A stretch of 59,863 nt of DNA. It comes from Octopus bimaculoides. Taxonomy: Eukaryota. Location: positions 51,988,022 to 52,047,884 of the forward strand of contig NC_068995.1 in assembly GCF_001194135.2 (NCBI RefSeq). Direction: 5' to 3'. Below are positions 40,274 to 55,183 of the stretch, in pieces. The notes below the pieces were generated by a model, which saw nothing but the letters and a program-made list of their open reading frames with translations, was not told where the DNA came from and did not search any database. The translations under genes were made by a program, and so were the position numbers. Every line of letters begins with the position of its first letter. The stretch's first letter is position 1.

Positions 40274-42277
40274 CTATTTATAAATGTTCTAAAATCTTCA
40301 CAGCCTTGGTTTTTATCTCATTCTGAATTTTTTTTTTTTATATATACATAATCTGATATATGACCTACGTTGGACTCCTTATTCGTACAATCACCGAATC
40401 TGGAGCTTAACTATGGTCTATCCATAGCACTTACTGACACCATTACCTCTCGTAACATATGTATGTATATATGTATTATGTGTCCATCTCATACGTCCAA
40501 TTCATATAATGAGTCGAATGTATGCCTTGAAAAGATGGGAATCTAACGGTCTAACTAAATGTTCACAAGCTTTCATTTTGCTTTTCTTTTTTACAAAGAA
40601 AATCTTATATTCTTTCAAGCTATCTTCAAATTACTTGAAACAATGTACTACGAGTGAATCTTGGCATTCACTTTTAAATGATGTGATTAGATAAATGTTT
40701 AAATGAGAATAAGTGTGATGACAGTTTTAGAAATTCCGAGGGATTTTTATATATTTCGGTATGAACCTCCAAAATCTGAAACTCGTCCCATTTCCATTTA
40801 TTGGTTGACAGCTGTGAATCATGATAGCATTCACAGTACATGCAGGATGATATAACTTACTACTCTATCATGTACACCATAAATCCATTAATATACAGCT
40901 ATTCACAGTGTGTCGTGTATACTGATATATTGCAATTGGAAATATTGACGAAATCAGAGAGTCCTGATATTTATTATAAATATACTAACAGAAACAACTA
41001 AATTACTAGTAATACAAATGTTTACTGACTGCCCTGAGTATTCTTAATCTACTTTCCTTGCGAAAAATGGTCTTGTCCATAATTCTAACTGCAATGACAG
41101 AGTTTGGCAAGACAGAATTATCTGACACAAATGCATACATGCATATATAATACATACATACATACATACATACATACATACATACATACATTCATACACA
41201 CATACATACATGCATACATACATACATACATACATACATACATGCATGCATGCATGCATACATACATACATACATACATACATACATGACGGATTCTCTC
41301 ACCGTGAACGACAAATGAGGGTTCGGTAAAATAAAGCGGTAATCATGATCTATGAACACGCATGTGTCTCTTCAGGCTTGCTGGTGCCTTGCAGACATTT
41401 TGGCAAATGGAATAAGTTGAGGAATTCTCCTTTTATGATTGTCACTAAATGTGACACCCTAGTCACATTTAGTGACAATTATAAATCTCCTTTTTGGTGA
41501 AAGATTGCAAACTGCTGTTTATATTAATTTTATGTATACACATTAGCGAATCGCTATATCAACAATTAGTTTAGATGACAAATTGATTTAGATGACAAAT
41601 TGATTTAAATGACAAATTGTACGATCTTCATCTTGTTTCTGCTCTACAAACGCTTAAGAAATTTACATAAACCAATTCATTTTCACAAATTAAAAGCTTC
41701 ATTTGTAAGCGATTCGCCTGTCTTAGTGGATGATTGGAATAAAGTAATAAACAACACGTGAATGTTGCTTCGTGTTTCAAATATTCGCAATCAGCAAGAG
41801 CGTTGTGAAAGGAATATGTTTTAAATCATTTGCAGTCAAGGTGTGTATTCTGTTTTAGTATGCTCTATATTAATTTATCACGATTCATTAGTTGTTCTGT
41901 ATTTCCCTATCAATTACATCATTGTATCCAGTTTTGCTTAAGTTGTATACTTGTTATCGATTTTCATTGGCTGATTCATTGCGTCGTTTACGGATTACGT
42001 CATCATACCCGTTTCTTTGATAAAATTTTCATTTATTTTATAAATTGTATTTTTTTTTTTTATAACTGATGTCTCTAAAGATGGTTTAATAAAACTCGGT
42101 GAATCGGTGTTGCCTATCATAAGTGATGTATTTATATCATACTTTTCTGCAGATTACATTTTGATTACTTTGCTTTGATTCGTTAGTGTTATCTTTATCA
42201 AAACATCATAACTATTTCCGCCGTTATCTCATTATTAGATAACTTCTGTTTGCAGTTACAAGTAGTCTTTTAGCGCA

Positions 42278-42970
42278 TTTATTATGATGTCCGCAATGCG
42301 ACATCGTCATATTTCTTCTCTTGAACAATCGTATTTCTGTGACCGAGTACAGGAAGCATGTTTCGATAACATTTGTTCATGGGCATCGTTATCTATTATC
42401 ATTCAGTATATATTTAGTTTATATTATTGTCCCACATGAATTTCGATAGCGACGTTTCTGTCATCCTGCAAATATTGCAGAGCTGAGAGTGCATTATTTC
42501 TATATCATACTTGAACGCTTCGACTGTTTCTCTGCTGTAATATACTTTCGTAGCTAGGCTATGTAAGTGATTATTTATAGTTTGAACGACGTGCCTTTCG
42601 GTTTCGTGCACAACGGTAGCAAACTTTTTCAGCTGAAAAATCTTGTAATATCTATGATCGGTTTGGAAGTGCTTTTTGCGATTTTTGAGCTAATAGATTA
42701 GTTGAAGCAGATGATATTGCTACAGATGCTCTACGATTTATGCCTTGGTCGTGTCGGCATGGATTTTTTTCTTTGAGCCCACTCATTTTGGGGGGATTAT
42801 TGAAGTAGAGTGCTGCTTCACCAAATACTGTTTTGTTATATGATGTTCTATATATTCTACAGCTTGTGTTGCTGATAAAGTTCTTCGTTAAGGAATGCGG
42901 GTGGGTGGAATTTCCAGTTTACAAGCACTTTGAGTTTTCCGAGCGGGTAATATTTTATATTTCTGTATTC
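42278..42970 (-). pseudogene. Decayed Penelope-like element, RT thumb to GIY-YIG C-terminus
   Basis: Frameshifted motifs KYYP..VN..HP; KTVFGEAALYFNNPPKMSGLKE (42769-42834); KHFQTDHRYYKIF (42633-42674); TSLSKFMW (42432-42455); LFKRRNMTMSHCGHHNK (42278-42328), in the expected order. Confidence 0.7.
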
Positions 42971-43082
42971 TAAAAGGATAATTTGTATGCACATACGAAC
43001 ACAAACACCCACACACAAACGTACACACATGCACACTCATACGTACACATACACACACGTATGTATATAGGTACACATTACG

Positions 43083-43118
<36 letters not shown>

Positions 43119-43981
43119 TCACAAATGAACCCACGTACAAACACTTAAACACATAAATATGGATACGTCTGCATATATGTATGCATATACGCATGGTATG
43201 TATATGCATATATATATAAATACATGCATATATATATATATATATGCATGTATTTATATAGATAAAGATACATGTATGTACGCATGTATGTGCGTGTGCA
43301 TGTGTGCGAATGTGTGTATATGTGTGTGTGAACGAGTGTGTGTGTGTGCGTGTGAGTGTGTGCGTGTGTAAATTATAGATTTATGATGCCTATGTATCCA
43401 ATTAAATAAATCTAGCTCTCTCCGAACTTTTCCAGATGGATCATTGCCAAGCTTGTATTTGTTTACTTTTTTTTTCTTTCTTTAATAAAGAAAATCTTTT
43501 TATTAAACACGGAAGTTTCGTAGAATTATATTTGTTTTCTTTTCTGATTGTTAGCTTGTTTATTTTTTGTTTTGTTTTTCATTTTTGTTGGGATTTTGGA
43601 GAGGTTTTTTCTTTCTTTTTTGCTTTTTTTTTTCTGCTCTTCTTTTTGTTCTCGTTTTCTTTTTCTTTCTTCATTTCCTTTTCCCCTTGTTAGAATAAAT
43701 GTCAACAAATGTAAATCTTGGCTTCAGTTTCAATTCATAAGGATAATTAGTGGAAATATTTTTCTGCGAGTATAAGGGGGAGGGAAACAGAGAAGGAGAG
43801 AGATAGAATAACAGAAAGAGAGAGAGAAAGAGATTTAGATATATACACATACATGCATATATACATAGATGTACACATATATAGATGTACGTTTATATAT
43901 ATATATGTGTGTGTGTGCGCATGTATATATATACTGATAGATAGATATACATATATATATACATATATATATATATATTAT

Positions 43982-44012
<31 letters not shown>

Positions 44013-44541
44013 TATATATATATAGAGAGAGAGAGAGGGAGAGAGAGAGAGAGAGAGAGAGGGTGGGGGAGTCAAGGTGATCGATAGAGAGAGAGATGTT
44101 ACTTTTTGTATATTTGTAAGGATGCGAGATTAAGAGAAAGAAAGGGACCATTTGTAATATGGGTGCTTGGTTTTACGGCCTTTCCTTTTTGTTGGTAAGT
44201 GAGATAGTCGTTAGTACCAAAACCAATCAAGCGATCCAGCCGTGACTATCTCATATGGTGTATTGCTGTTATGAAAGTATATTGAACCTAGCACTTTTTG
44301 AGGCAAATATGGCCTTCTTTATTTTAAGATGGCATGAAGAGATGGAATAGAAATTTGGTTGTTACTTTTAGCATAACAAGTAAACATATAGATGTTATCT
44401 CGTTCGCTGGTGCTGATGGAGATGTTGCAGTTGTTGTTGTTGTTGTTGTTGTTGTTGCTTGTATTATTTCCACTCTCCTCATTACGACCAATTTCGTTAT
44501 ATCATTTCAGGCATACACACATACACATACACACACACACA

Positions 44542-44576
<35 letters not shown>

Positions 44577-44698
44577 GCACATATTCATGCATGTATGTAT
44601 GTATGCATGTATGTATTATGTATGTATGTATGCACATATATTTATGAAAAATGTGTGCGTGTATAAATGTATGTTTCTGTGTGCTCATATGTGCATGC

Positions 44699-44788
<90 letters not shown>

Positions 44789-44971
44789 CTGTAAAATATG
44801 TTTGTATATATGCATACATACGCGCACACTCACGCATGCATACACACACACATACAAATATATAAATATATATATTCAAATATGGACATATATATATACA
44901 TATATATCATAAATAATTATGTATGTATGCATGTGTCTATGTATTCATACATCCATGTATGTATGTATGTA

Positions 44972-45049
<78 letters not shown>

Positions 45050-45170
45050 ACTTCTATATTCTTTGGTACATTGTCTGTAAGAATCTTTGACTAACATAAT
45101 AAACTTTGAAACGAAAGAAACAAACACAAAAGAAACAGACGAAATAAGAGATTTAGAAAGAAATTTATCA

Positions 45171-45211
<41 letters not shown>

Positions 45212-45684
45212 GAATCAGACATAACCAAAAGAAAAAAATTCCCAAAAGGTATATTAATTGAAAGAAAACCGCATAAAACATCTGACGATGGAGTTACTAA
45301 CAGATAAAAGGTAAAATATAGACTATAAAAACGTTGAAATCAATTTTAAAAAGACGAGCTTGGCAAAAAGAAGTAAATAATATATATTTTTTATATCTTA
45401 TTGTATTTATTTTGTTTATTTAACTATTTTATTCCGCATTCCGTAAACAATAGCGTTGTTGGTTACAGGTTACATAACAGACCAATCATTGGTTCATGGA
45501 ATTTATGGTACCTTAATTGAGAAGTGATCTCTGTATCACTCGCTGTAGAACAAGTATCCCATGTGACTTCGTTGCTAAGACACCAAGTTTTCAGCGTTCG
45601 CATCGTTGTTTTCCTCCATGTCCGGCTTGATACACGACAACAGGAAAATGAAACAATGCATATTTTATTTGTATATATTATTGG

Positions 45685-45715
<31 letters not shown>

Positions 45716-47382
45716 GTAGTAGATCCTGTTTCAAGCTTAAAGTAAAATAATATTACCTACCACTCTCATCATCAGCGGATATTCTCGGAGATTTTAAGAT
45801 TTTAATAGTCTTTTGGCGTCTATTTCCCCAGTGCGTGGAGAGGCTTATAGCCAATCCCTTGCTATAATTATGTATCTAATTATAAAATATTTGCAAAATT
45901 TATCTATAAGGTTTTTATTTCCGCACTGACCCTCTGGTAAAATCATTAATGATTTTTAACCTTTATTATAATATATATATATATGTGTGTATATATANNN
46001 NNNNNNNNNNNNNNNNNNNNNNNNNNNNNNNNNNNNNNNNNNNNNNNNNNNNNNNNNNNNNNNNNNNNNNNNNNNNNNNNNNNNNNNNNNNNNNNNNNNN
46101 NNNNNNNNNNNNNNNNNNNNNNNNNNNNNNNNNNNNNNNNNNNNNNNNNNNNNNNNNNNNNNNNNNNNNNNNNNNNNNNNNNNNNNNNNNNNNNNNNNNN
46201 NNNNNNNNNNNNNNNNNNNNNNNNNNNNNNNNNNNNNNNNNNNNNNNNNNNNNNNNNNNNNNNNNNNNNNNNNNNNNNNNNNNNNNNNNNNNNNNNNNNN
46301 NNNNNNNNNNNNNNNNNNNNNNNNNNNNNNNNNNNNNNNNNNNNNNNNNNNNNNNNNNNNNNNNNNNNNNNNNNNNNNNNNNNNNNNNNNNNNNNNNNNN
46401 NNNNNNNNNNNNNNNNNNNNNNNNNNNNNNNNNNNNNNNNNNNNNNNNNNNNNNNNNNNNNNNNNNNNNNNNNNNNNNNNNNNNNNNNNNNNNNNNNNNN
46501 NNNNNNNNNNNNNNNNNNNNNNNNNNNNNNNNNNNNNNNNNNNNNNNNNNNNNNNNNNNNNNNNNNNNNNNNNNNNNNNNNNNNNNNNNNNNNNNNNNNN
46601 NNNNNNNNNNNNNNNNNNNNNNNNNNNNNNNNNNNNNNNNNNNNNNNNNNNNNNNNNNNNNNNNNNNNNNNNNNNNNNNNNNNNNNNNNNNNNNNNNNNN
46701 NNNNNNNNNNNNNNNNNNNNNNNNNNNNNNNNNNNNNNNNNNNNNNNNNNNNNNNNNNNNNNNNNNNNNNNNNNNNNNNNNNNNNNNNNNNNNNNNNNNN
46801 NNNNNNNNNNNNNNNNNNNNNNNNNNNNNNNNNNNNNNNNNNNNNNNNNNNNNNNNNNNNNNNNNNNNNNNNNNNNNNNNNNNNNNNNNNNNNNNNNNNN
46901 NNNNNNNNNNNNNNTATATATATATATATATTTATTTATATTTTGTTTTTTAATTTAAATCTATTTCCCTAATTTCATTTTTATTTATTTTGTGTTTCCT
47001 TTTGTTATTTTTATTTCCATTTTTTAAAAATTTTGATTGTTTTACTTTTGGTAAGCAGTTCATTTGCTGAATATATTTTGTGTTATTGAGCTTGTTTCGT
47101 GAATATTGATCTTTGTATGTGCTCTTCCTTGAACGTGGTACGTGGTTTACGAGATGTACTGTCCCACTAATCATTATTAGTTTTGTTTTCGATAAGATAT
47201 CATGTTTGTGATGATGAGATGTTCATTGAGAAACAAAGTATCTAATTGTCTATGTTTGTTCTATTATTTGTATGTCCTGTTTGGAATTAGCTCTTTGTTA
47301 GAAATACTAATTTGTAGCTGTAATTTATCGTTATTTGTTTACTCTTGCAACCTACGCAATATGACAATATATTTTACTGACG

Positions 47383-47604
47383 AAGGCGACGAGCTGGCAC
47401 AAACGTTGGTACGCCGGGCGAAATGCTTAGCGGTATTTCGCCTGCCGTTATATTCTGAGTTCAAATTCCGCCGAGGTCGACTTTGCCTTTCATCCTTTCG
47501 GAATCGATAAATTAAGTACCAGTTGTGTACTGGGGTCGATCTAATCGACTATCCCCCTCCCCCATAATTTCGGGGCTTGTTCCTAAAGTAGAAAAGAATA
47601 TATT
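47383..47604 (+). mobile_element. SINE family A, full length, tail type 1
   Basis: aaggcgacgagctggcac...ctgagttcaaattccgccgaggtcgactttgcctttcatcc...gtagaaaagaat. Confidence 0.9.
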
Positions 47605-48397
47605 TTACAGACGTTATCTCTTTACTGACAACAATCCTAGTTTTGTTAGCAATAAGTTTGCTACTTCGATGCATTATGGCCAAATGGATTGTCCACCACC
47701 ACCACCACCACAATCATCATTGTCATCATCACCATTACCGCCGCCACCACCACTATCATCATCATCAACAACATCATTATCATCAACACCACCACCACAA
47801 TCGTCATTCTCAATCATCACCATCACCATCGCCATCAGCGGCATCATCACCACCACCACCATCATCATCATCATCCTCATCATAATCATCGTCATCACTA
47901 CCGTCATCATCATCACCATCATTACCATCTATATCAGCTGCGTCATTGTAAACCGAACAATCGTCATCGTTTTCCTTATTTCTAGCACTCAGCAGTACTA
48001 CCCTAACCACCACCACCACCGCCGCCGCCGCCACCATCAATACCGTCACGAGCATCAGCCGTATACTTTACACAGATGGAGCCAGTAGTATCGAAACAAG
48101 TCGCCAGCATCTTGCTCGCACTGACCCAAACATATACACAGGCGATGCATGTTTACAGTGGAATCTTGTCTGCAGGAATGTCAGCAGAACGAAACAGAGA
48201 TATGTGCTGTTGGTAACTTTCCATGCATTAGCAACAAGATATTTGGTTGTTATGCATATCTGCAGGCATATGTGTCCCTGTGTGCACCTATGTGAGTATA
48301 TATTATCTATGTATGTGTGCGTGCGTGCGTGTGTGTATTTTCATACACACACATACACACACACACACATACACACACACACGCACACGCACACACG

Positions 48398-48428
<31 letters not shown>

Positions 48429-49062
48429 NNNNNNNNNNNNNNNNNNNNNNNNNNNNNNNNNNNNNNNNNNNNNNNNNNNNNNNNNNNNNNNNNNNNNNNN
48501 NNNNNNNNNNNNNNNNNNNNNNNNNNNNNNNNNNNNNNNNNNNNNNNNNNNNNNNNNNNNNNNNNNNNNNNNNNNNNNNNNNNNNNNNNNNNNNNNNNNN
48601 NNNNNNNNNNNNNNNNNNNNNNNNNNNNNNNNNNNNNNNNNNNNNNNNNNNNNNNNNNNNNNNNNNNNNNNNNNNNNNNNNNNNNNNNNNNNNNNNNNNN
48701 NNNNNNNNNNNNNNNNNNNNNNNNNNNNNNNNNNNNNNNNNNNNNNNNNNNNNNNNNNNNNNNNNNNNNNNNNNNNNNNNNNNNNNNNNNNNNNNNNNNN
48801 NNNNNNNNNNNNNNNNNNNNNNNNNNNNNNNNNNNNNNNNNNNNNTAGATAGATAGATAGATCCTTAACTTTGGCGTTCACATAAATTCTTGTGTCTACC
48901 AGCAAAAGAAACAGCTGTATGTTATGTCAATATAAATATTTCCTTTAAGGAAAAGTTTCAGAAGAAATGTGTGATGCTGTTCAGGGCGAGAACGTTATTT
49001 TCACAATATCTGTGTCTATGCACCATGTGCACGCAAAGACGCACCTGTGTATGTGTGCGTGC

Positions 49063-49118
<56 letters not shown>

Positions 49119-49194
49119 GAGAGAGAGCTTATCGTGTGTTATGGTATAATGGATTGTGAGGAACGAGGTGTTGAGAGACAGCACTTTTTCTTTC

Positions 49195-49290
49195 TTTATT
49201 CTGTTGTACTTGTTTCAGCCGTTGGTCTACGGCCATACTGGGGCACCGTCTTGAAGGGTTTTAGTCAAACGAATCGACCTCAGTACTTAT
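49195..49290 (-). mobile_element. SINE family B, 3' fragment
   Basis: ttgtttcagccgttggtctacggccatactggggcaccg...atcgacctcagtactta matches 26715-26780. Confidence 0.65.
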
Positions 49291-50472
49291 AAATATCGGC
49301 AATTAGTGATGTTTGGCAACTTGTTTCGAATTTGAGCTACGGTGCATCTCGTTTAATACATTGACAAAGACATGAACATTAAATAGTAGTCTTGCCCGCC
49401 TTGTCATTATCAAACTTTGCGCCGTCGTAAGGAATCGAATGAAAGTTTAAGCTGGAGAGACAGAAATTTGAAGAGATGAGGGGGAGAGGCGTAAATGTTT
49501 TACATGTCTCGTTTCTAAACCACGTGGATCTGAATTGAAATCTCGCCGGGAATTGACTTAGCACGTCGAGATGCTAACAATGAATAACTCAGCTATCCGG
49601 AATATAGCTCATTCGGTGCAATGGCCGTCAACTCAAACGAGAATCGGCGATTCACATACTGTCATCTTACATCCACTTGCATTGTGTCCAGGGTCGGTTA
49701 TTTTACTACAAAACGCTCCAATACATTCCAGTTCATATGAGATACAACTATGCTATAAATCTTGGCACCGGCATGGCTAGGTACGATATGCAGAATACAA
49801 GATATAAAATTCATTTATTTCATTGCATACATCAGCAATTTACATAAATATAGTGCTATAAAATAAACGGTTATGTGTTCAAAAACTGAATTTACAAGAA
49901 TTGTATATATGACTTTTAACATAGAGTTTGAGAGAAAAAATATTTTTATCAATATAACATTACATATACCATTACAGTGCCATAAAATTATATCGGAATC
50001 CGATATACATATATATATATGTTTGTATGTATGCATATGTATGTATATGTATGTATATATGCATATATATATATATANNNNNNNNNNNNNNNNNNNNNNN
50101 NNNNNNNNNNNNNNNNNNNNNNNNNNNNNNNNNNNNNNNNNNNNNNNNNNNNNNNNNNNNNNNNNNNNNNNNNNNNNNNNNNNNNNNNNNNNNNNNNNNN
50201 NNNNNNNNNNNNNNNNNNNNNNNNNNNNNNNNNNNNNNNNNNNNNNNNNNNNNNNNNNNNNNNNNNNNNNNNNNNNNNNNNNNNNNNNNNNNNNNNNNNN
50301 NNNNNNNNNNNNNNNNNNNNNNNNNNNNNNNNNNNNNNNNNNNNNNNNNNNNNNNNNNNNNNNNNNNNNNNNNNNNNNNNNNNNNNNNNNNNNNNNNNNN
50401 NNNNNNNNNNNNATGTATGTATGTATGTATGTATATGTATGTATATATGCATATATATATATATATATATTT

Positions 50473-50514
<42 letters not shown>

Positions 50515-50715
50515 TATACACACACACACACATATATATAGTGAGACCTGGGTATTATGATACTTCATATGTATTTTTATAGGTAATTTCTATAAAAATA
50601 TTACCTATAAAAATATGTATGAAGAGTTTAATATTTTAAATTGAGAATGTATTTAAAATAAAGCTGAACAAAGACTCTCAAAAGATGCATTTGACATTAA
50701 AAAATTTAGCAGCAA

Positions 50716-50875
50716 TGACTCTGTGGTTAAGAATCTCGGTTTGCAACCTCGTTGTTTTGAGTTCAATCCTATAGCACGGTACATTGGGTAAGTGTCTTCT
50801 GTAAAGCCGAGGTCACCGGTGGTTTGTGAGTGAATTTCGTAACTACGAAAACGGAAACTATAATAAATCCCTTCG
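50716..50875 (+). mobile_element. SINE family B, degenerate 5' fragment
   Basis: ctgtggttaagaatctc...gagttcaatcc...acattgggtaagtgtcttct...acggaaact. Confidence 0.65.
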
Positions 50876-52540
50876 AATATTCATATACCGTATATACCGG
50901 CGTACAGAACGGAATTCGAACTTGAAAAAAATTACCCTATATATACATATATATATATATATGTGTGTGTGTATATATATATGTATATACATACATACAC
51001 ATATATATATAGAAATACACACACACACACACATATGCATGNNNNNNNNNNNNNNNNNNNNNNNNNNNNNNNNNNNNNNNNNNNNNNNNNNNNNNNNNNN
51101 NNNNNNNNNNNNNNNNNNNNNNNNNNNNNNNNNNNNNNNNNNNNNNNNNNNNNNNNNNNNNNNNNNNNNNNNNNNNNNNNNNNNNNNNNNNNNNNNNNNN
51201 NNNNNNNNNNNNNNNNNNNNNNNNNNNNNNNNNNNNNNNNNNNNNNNNNNNNNNNNNNNNNNNNNNNNNNNNNNNNNNNNNNNNNNNNNNNNNNNNNNNN
51301 NNNNNNNNNNNNNNNNNNNNNNNNNNNNNNNNNNNNNNNNNNNNNNNNNNNNNNNNNNNNNNNNNNNNNNNNNNNNNNNNNNNNNNNNNNNNNNNNNNNN
51401 NNNNNNNNNNNNNNNNNNNNNNNNNNNNNNNNNNNNNNNNNNNNNNNNNNNNNNNNNNNNNNNNNNNNNNNNNNNNNNNNNNNNNNNNNNNNNNNNNNNN
51501 NNNNNNNNNNNNNNNNNNNNNNNNNNNNNNNNNNNNNNNNNNNNNNNNNNNNNNNNNNNNNNNNNNNNNNNNNNNNNNNNNNNNNNNNNNNNNNNNNNNN
51601 NNNNNNNNNNNNNNNNNNNNNNNNNNNNNNNNNNNNNNNNNNNNNNNNNNNNNNNNNNNNNNNNNNNNNNNNNNNNNNNNNNNNNNNNNNNNNNNNNNNN
51701 NNNNNNNNNNNNNNNNNNNNNNNNNNNNNNNNNNNNNNNNNNNNNNNNNNNNNNNNNNNNNNNNNNNNNNNNNNNNNNNNNNNNNNNNNNNNNNNNNNNN
51801 NNTATATATGCAAACATACATTCATACATAGACGCGCACAAACACACAGACACACAAACACACACACGCAGCAACAACAACAACAACAAAGAATAACCTA
51901 ACTTATTTCTAGAACGTCAGAATATGCAAGTTAAACGGCAAGGGTCACGTGATGAGCGTGAAGAATTTACAAATTAGCTCCTACTTAAATAGAGGAGGAT
52001 GTCACTGACAGTAAAAGATGTTTTGAATTATAGGCTAAATAAAGAAAGCTCTTTGACGGCGAACTGTTCCCCTACTTATTTTGATATTAACGAGCATTTT
52101 GTTCAGGAGAAAGCAAGAAAATAAACAAATACGATTCGTTTTGTATGAAATAGTTTCAAGGAGATTGACGATAGAGATGTGTTGTGCTAAGGTAAGTTTT
52201 TTGCTGAGTAAAACATAGCCGACATATTTTTATATCGTACATCAGTCTAAACCATCATTCTTTACCATCCAATATCTTCCAACCATTTTTCTTCCTTTGT
52301 GTGGGATGGGGGGGATCTGTTTGTTTTTTTGATTGATTTTCTTTTATATATTCTTTAATCCCTTAAACAGATGGTGATGATGCATGGTACACCTGGCCCC
52401 CTTCTTTCAGAGGTCGTAATAAGCTGGAGGCTGTGAAATAGTTATTTCCATTCTTCGGACCGTAGATCTTGTTCGAATTTTACAGATACATGTCAAACTG
52501 AGTAACTGATTAGGTCTACAACTCCAATATATATATATAT

Positions 52541-52626
52541 CATCATCATCATCATCATCATCATCGTTTAACGTCCGCTTTCCATGCTAGCATGGGTTGG
52601 ACGATTTGACTGAGGACTGGTGAAAC
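52541..52626 (-). mobile_element. 3' end of an RTE-like retroelement with (GAT)n tail, truncated by a gap
   Basis: Minus strand ccaacccatgctagcatggaaagcggacgttaaac(gat)n, next to (TA)n; followed by an N-gap of about 940 nt. Clade assignment is from recall of similar tails. Confidence 0.5.
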
Positions 52627-53567
52627 NNNNNNNNNNNNNNNNNNNNNNNNNNNNNNNNNNNNNNNNNNNNNNNNNNNNNNNNNNNNNNNNNNNNNNNNNN
52701 NNNNNNNNNNNNNNNNNNNNNNNNNNNNNNNNNNNNNNNNNNNNNNNNNNNNNNNNNNNNNNNNNNNNNNNNNNNNNNNNNNNNNNNNNNNNNNNNNNNN
52801 NNNNNNNNNNNNNNNNNNNNNNNNNNNNNNNNNNNNNNNNNNNNNNNNNNNNNNNNNNNNNNNNNNNNNNNNNNNNNNNNNNNNNNNNNNNNNNNNNNNN
52901 NNNNNNNNNNNNNNNNNNNNNNNNNNNNNNNNNNNNNNNNNNNNNNNNNNNNNNNNNNNNNNNNNNNNNNNNNNNNNNNNNNNNNNNNNNNNNNNNNNNN
53001 NNNNNNNNNNNNNNNNNNNNNNNNNNNNNNNNNNNNNNNNNNNNNNNNNNNNNNNNNNNNNNNNNNNNNNNNNNNNNNNNNNNNNNNNNNNNNNNNNNNN
53101 NNNNNNNNNNNNNNNNNNNNNNNNNNNNNNNNNNNNNNNNNNNNNNNNNNNNNNNNNNNNNNNNNNNNNNNNNNNNNNNNNNNNNNNNNNNNNNNNNNNN
53201 NNNNNNNNNNNNNNNNNNNNNNNNNNNNNNNNNNNNNNNNNNNNNNNNNNNNNNNNNNNNNNNNNNNNNNNNNNNNNNNNNNNNNNNNNNNNNNNNNNNN
53301 NNNNNNNNNNNNNNNNNNNNNNNNNNNNNNNNNNNNNNNNNNNNNNNNNNNNNNNNNNNNNNNNNNNNNNNNNNNNNNNNNNNNNNNNNNNNNNNNNNNN
53401 NNNNNNNNNNNNNNNNNNNNNNNNNNNNNNNNNNNNNNNNNNNNNNNNNNNNNNNNNNNNNNNNNNNNNNNNNNNNNNNNNNNNNNNNNNNNNNNNNNNN
53501 NNNNNNNNNNNNNNNNNNNNNNNNNNNNNNNNNNNNNNNNNNNNNNNNNNNNNNNNNNNNNNNNNNN

Positions 53568-53604
<37 letters not shown>

Positions 53605-53616
53605 GTACTTATATGT

Positions 53617-53850
53617 TATTTCTTTACTACCCACAAGGGGCTACACACAGAGGGGACAAACAAGGACAGACAAACACGGATTAAGTCGATTATATCGACC
53701 CCAGTACGTAACTGGTACTTATTTAATCGACCCCGAAAGGATGAAAGGCAAAGTCGACCTCGGCGGAATTTGAACTCAGAACGTAGCGGCAGACGAAATA
53801 CCGCTGAGCATTTCGCCCGGTGTGCTAACGACTCTGCCAGCTCGCTGCCT
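53617..53850 (-). mobile_element. SINE family A, full length, tail type 2 (young)
   Basis: Near-identical reverse complement of 58392-58624. Confidence 0.92.
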
Positions 53851-54604
53851 ATGTACTTATATGTGGCTCATAATGAATGCAAATGGAGAACCATTAATGC
53901 ATTGTTGTATTTGTTAATATCTCTACTATTCTACTTCATTCTCATAATCGTGTCAACAACAATGAATCAATTCGACATAGGAAATATGTGCTAGAAAAAT
54001 GTAGTCAGGTAATTAACAAGTTAGTATAAAAGTATGAAAATACAAAATTTCGAATAATATCAATTCAATATTAACGTTTTATTCAAGTGTAGAACAATAT
54101 ATACCCATGTCATTCGTCAAAGAAAAGAAAAAAAGATCAAACTATGTATTAGATTTAGTCATTTGTGGGAGTAAAGAAAGCAGATCCTGCATCGTAGATT
54201 AAGTGTTCAAGGGTCAGAAGGAGTGACAGGATAAGCCGTATTGTCGCGGTCGTTGCAAGATGTGGATTAATGTTGGACCATTTCCTGCCTCTGTCTACTT
54301 AAATGATGTTAGCTTTCAAATGTTAAATACCACTAGTGTTCGGTTCTCTGACATCGATGAATCGTAAATTATAGGACTTGGCAAAGAGGATTTTCATCTT
54401 CAAGCTGTAATCTACTGCACTAAAGATATGTGCACTAAATAACTGCGTACCTACTGGTTGTGCAGTAATTATTTGTACAGTTTGCTGTTTGTGCGACACA
54501 CTTCCGTTGAAAACTGACTAATTTATGGGAAATGACATCGAATTCCATGCAGATTCGTGTTTTTGTCTCTATATAAATATACACATGTATTTGTGCGCGT
54601 GCGA

Positions 54605-54672
<68 letters not shown>

Positions 54673-54864
54673 GTGTATGGTGTAAAAATATGCTGAAGAC
54701 TTAAATGTACTTTCGCCAATTCACCAAAAGATTCACAATTCGATGGAGAACAAAAAGTAAATTTTATAAATAAATAAAAATATATATCATATTATATCAT
54801 ATCATATGTATTTATACATACATGCATACATACACATGTATGTACCATTAGTGCACAGGAAAAA

Positions 54865-55020
54865 GGTTTAGAGGCATTTTTTCCCGCTTTGTGTTCTACG
54901 TTCAAAAACTGCCGAGGTCGACTTTTGCCTTTCATCCTTTTGGGATCGATAAAATAAGTACCAGTTTTGCACTGGGTCCATGTAAAGTTTTAGGCCTTGT
55001 ACCTATGGTAGAAAAAGGAT
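54865..55020 (+). mobile_element. SINE family A, degenerate
   Basis: gccgaggtcgacttttgcctttcatccttttgggatcgataaaataagtaccag...ggccttgtacctatggtagaaa. Confidence 0.8.
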
Positions 55021-55118
55021 AAATAATTTACACATACAGGAACACACGCAGATATATATGTATGATATATTCACATATGTATACATGAATGTACTGATTT
55101 TACACACTCACACATACA

Positions 55119-55183
<65 letters not shown>

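Noticed and set aside
47205-47245. atgatga..gaaac-aaa-gta hammerhead-like string
   Set aside because: C3 is missing and stems I and II are poor
48076-48216. 46-aa ORF after a cag acceptor-like site
   Set aside because: No homology I can recognise; competing splice signals on both strands
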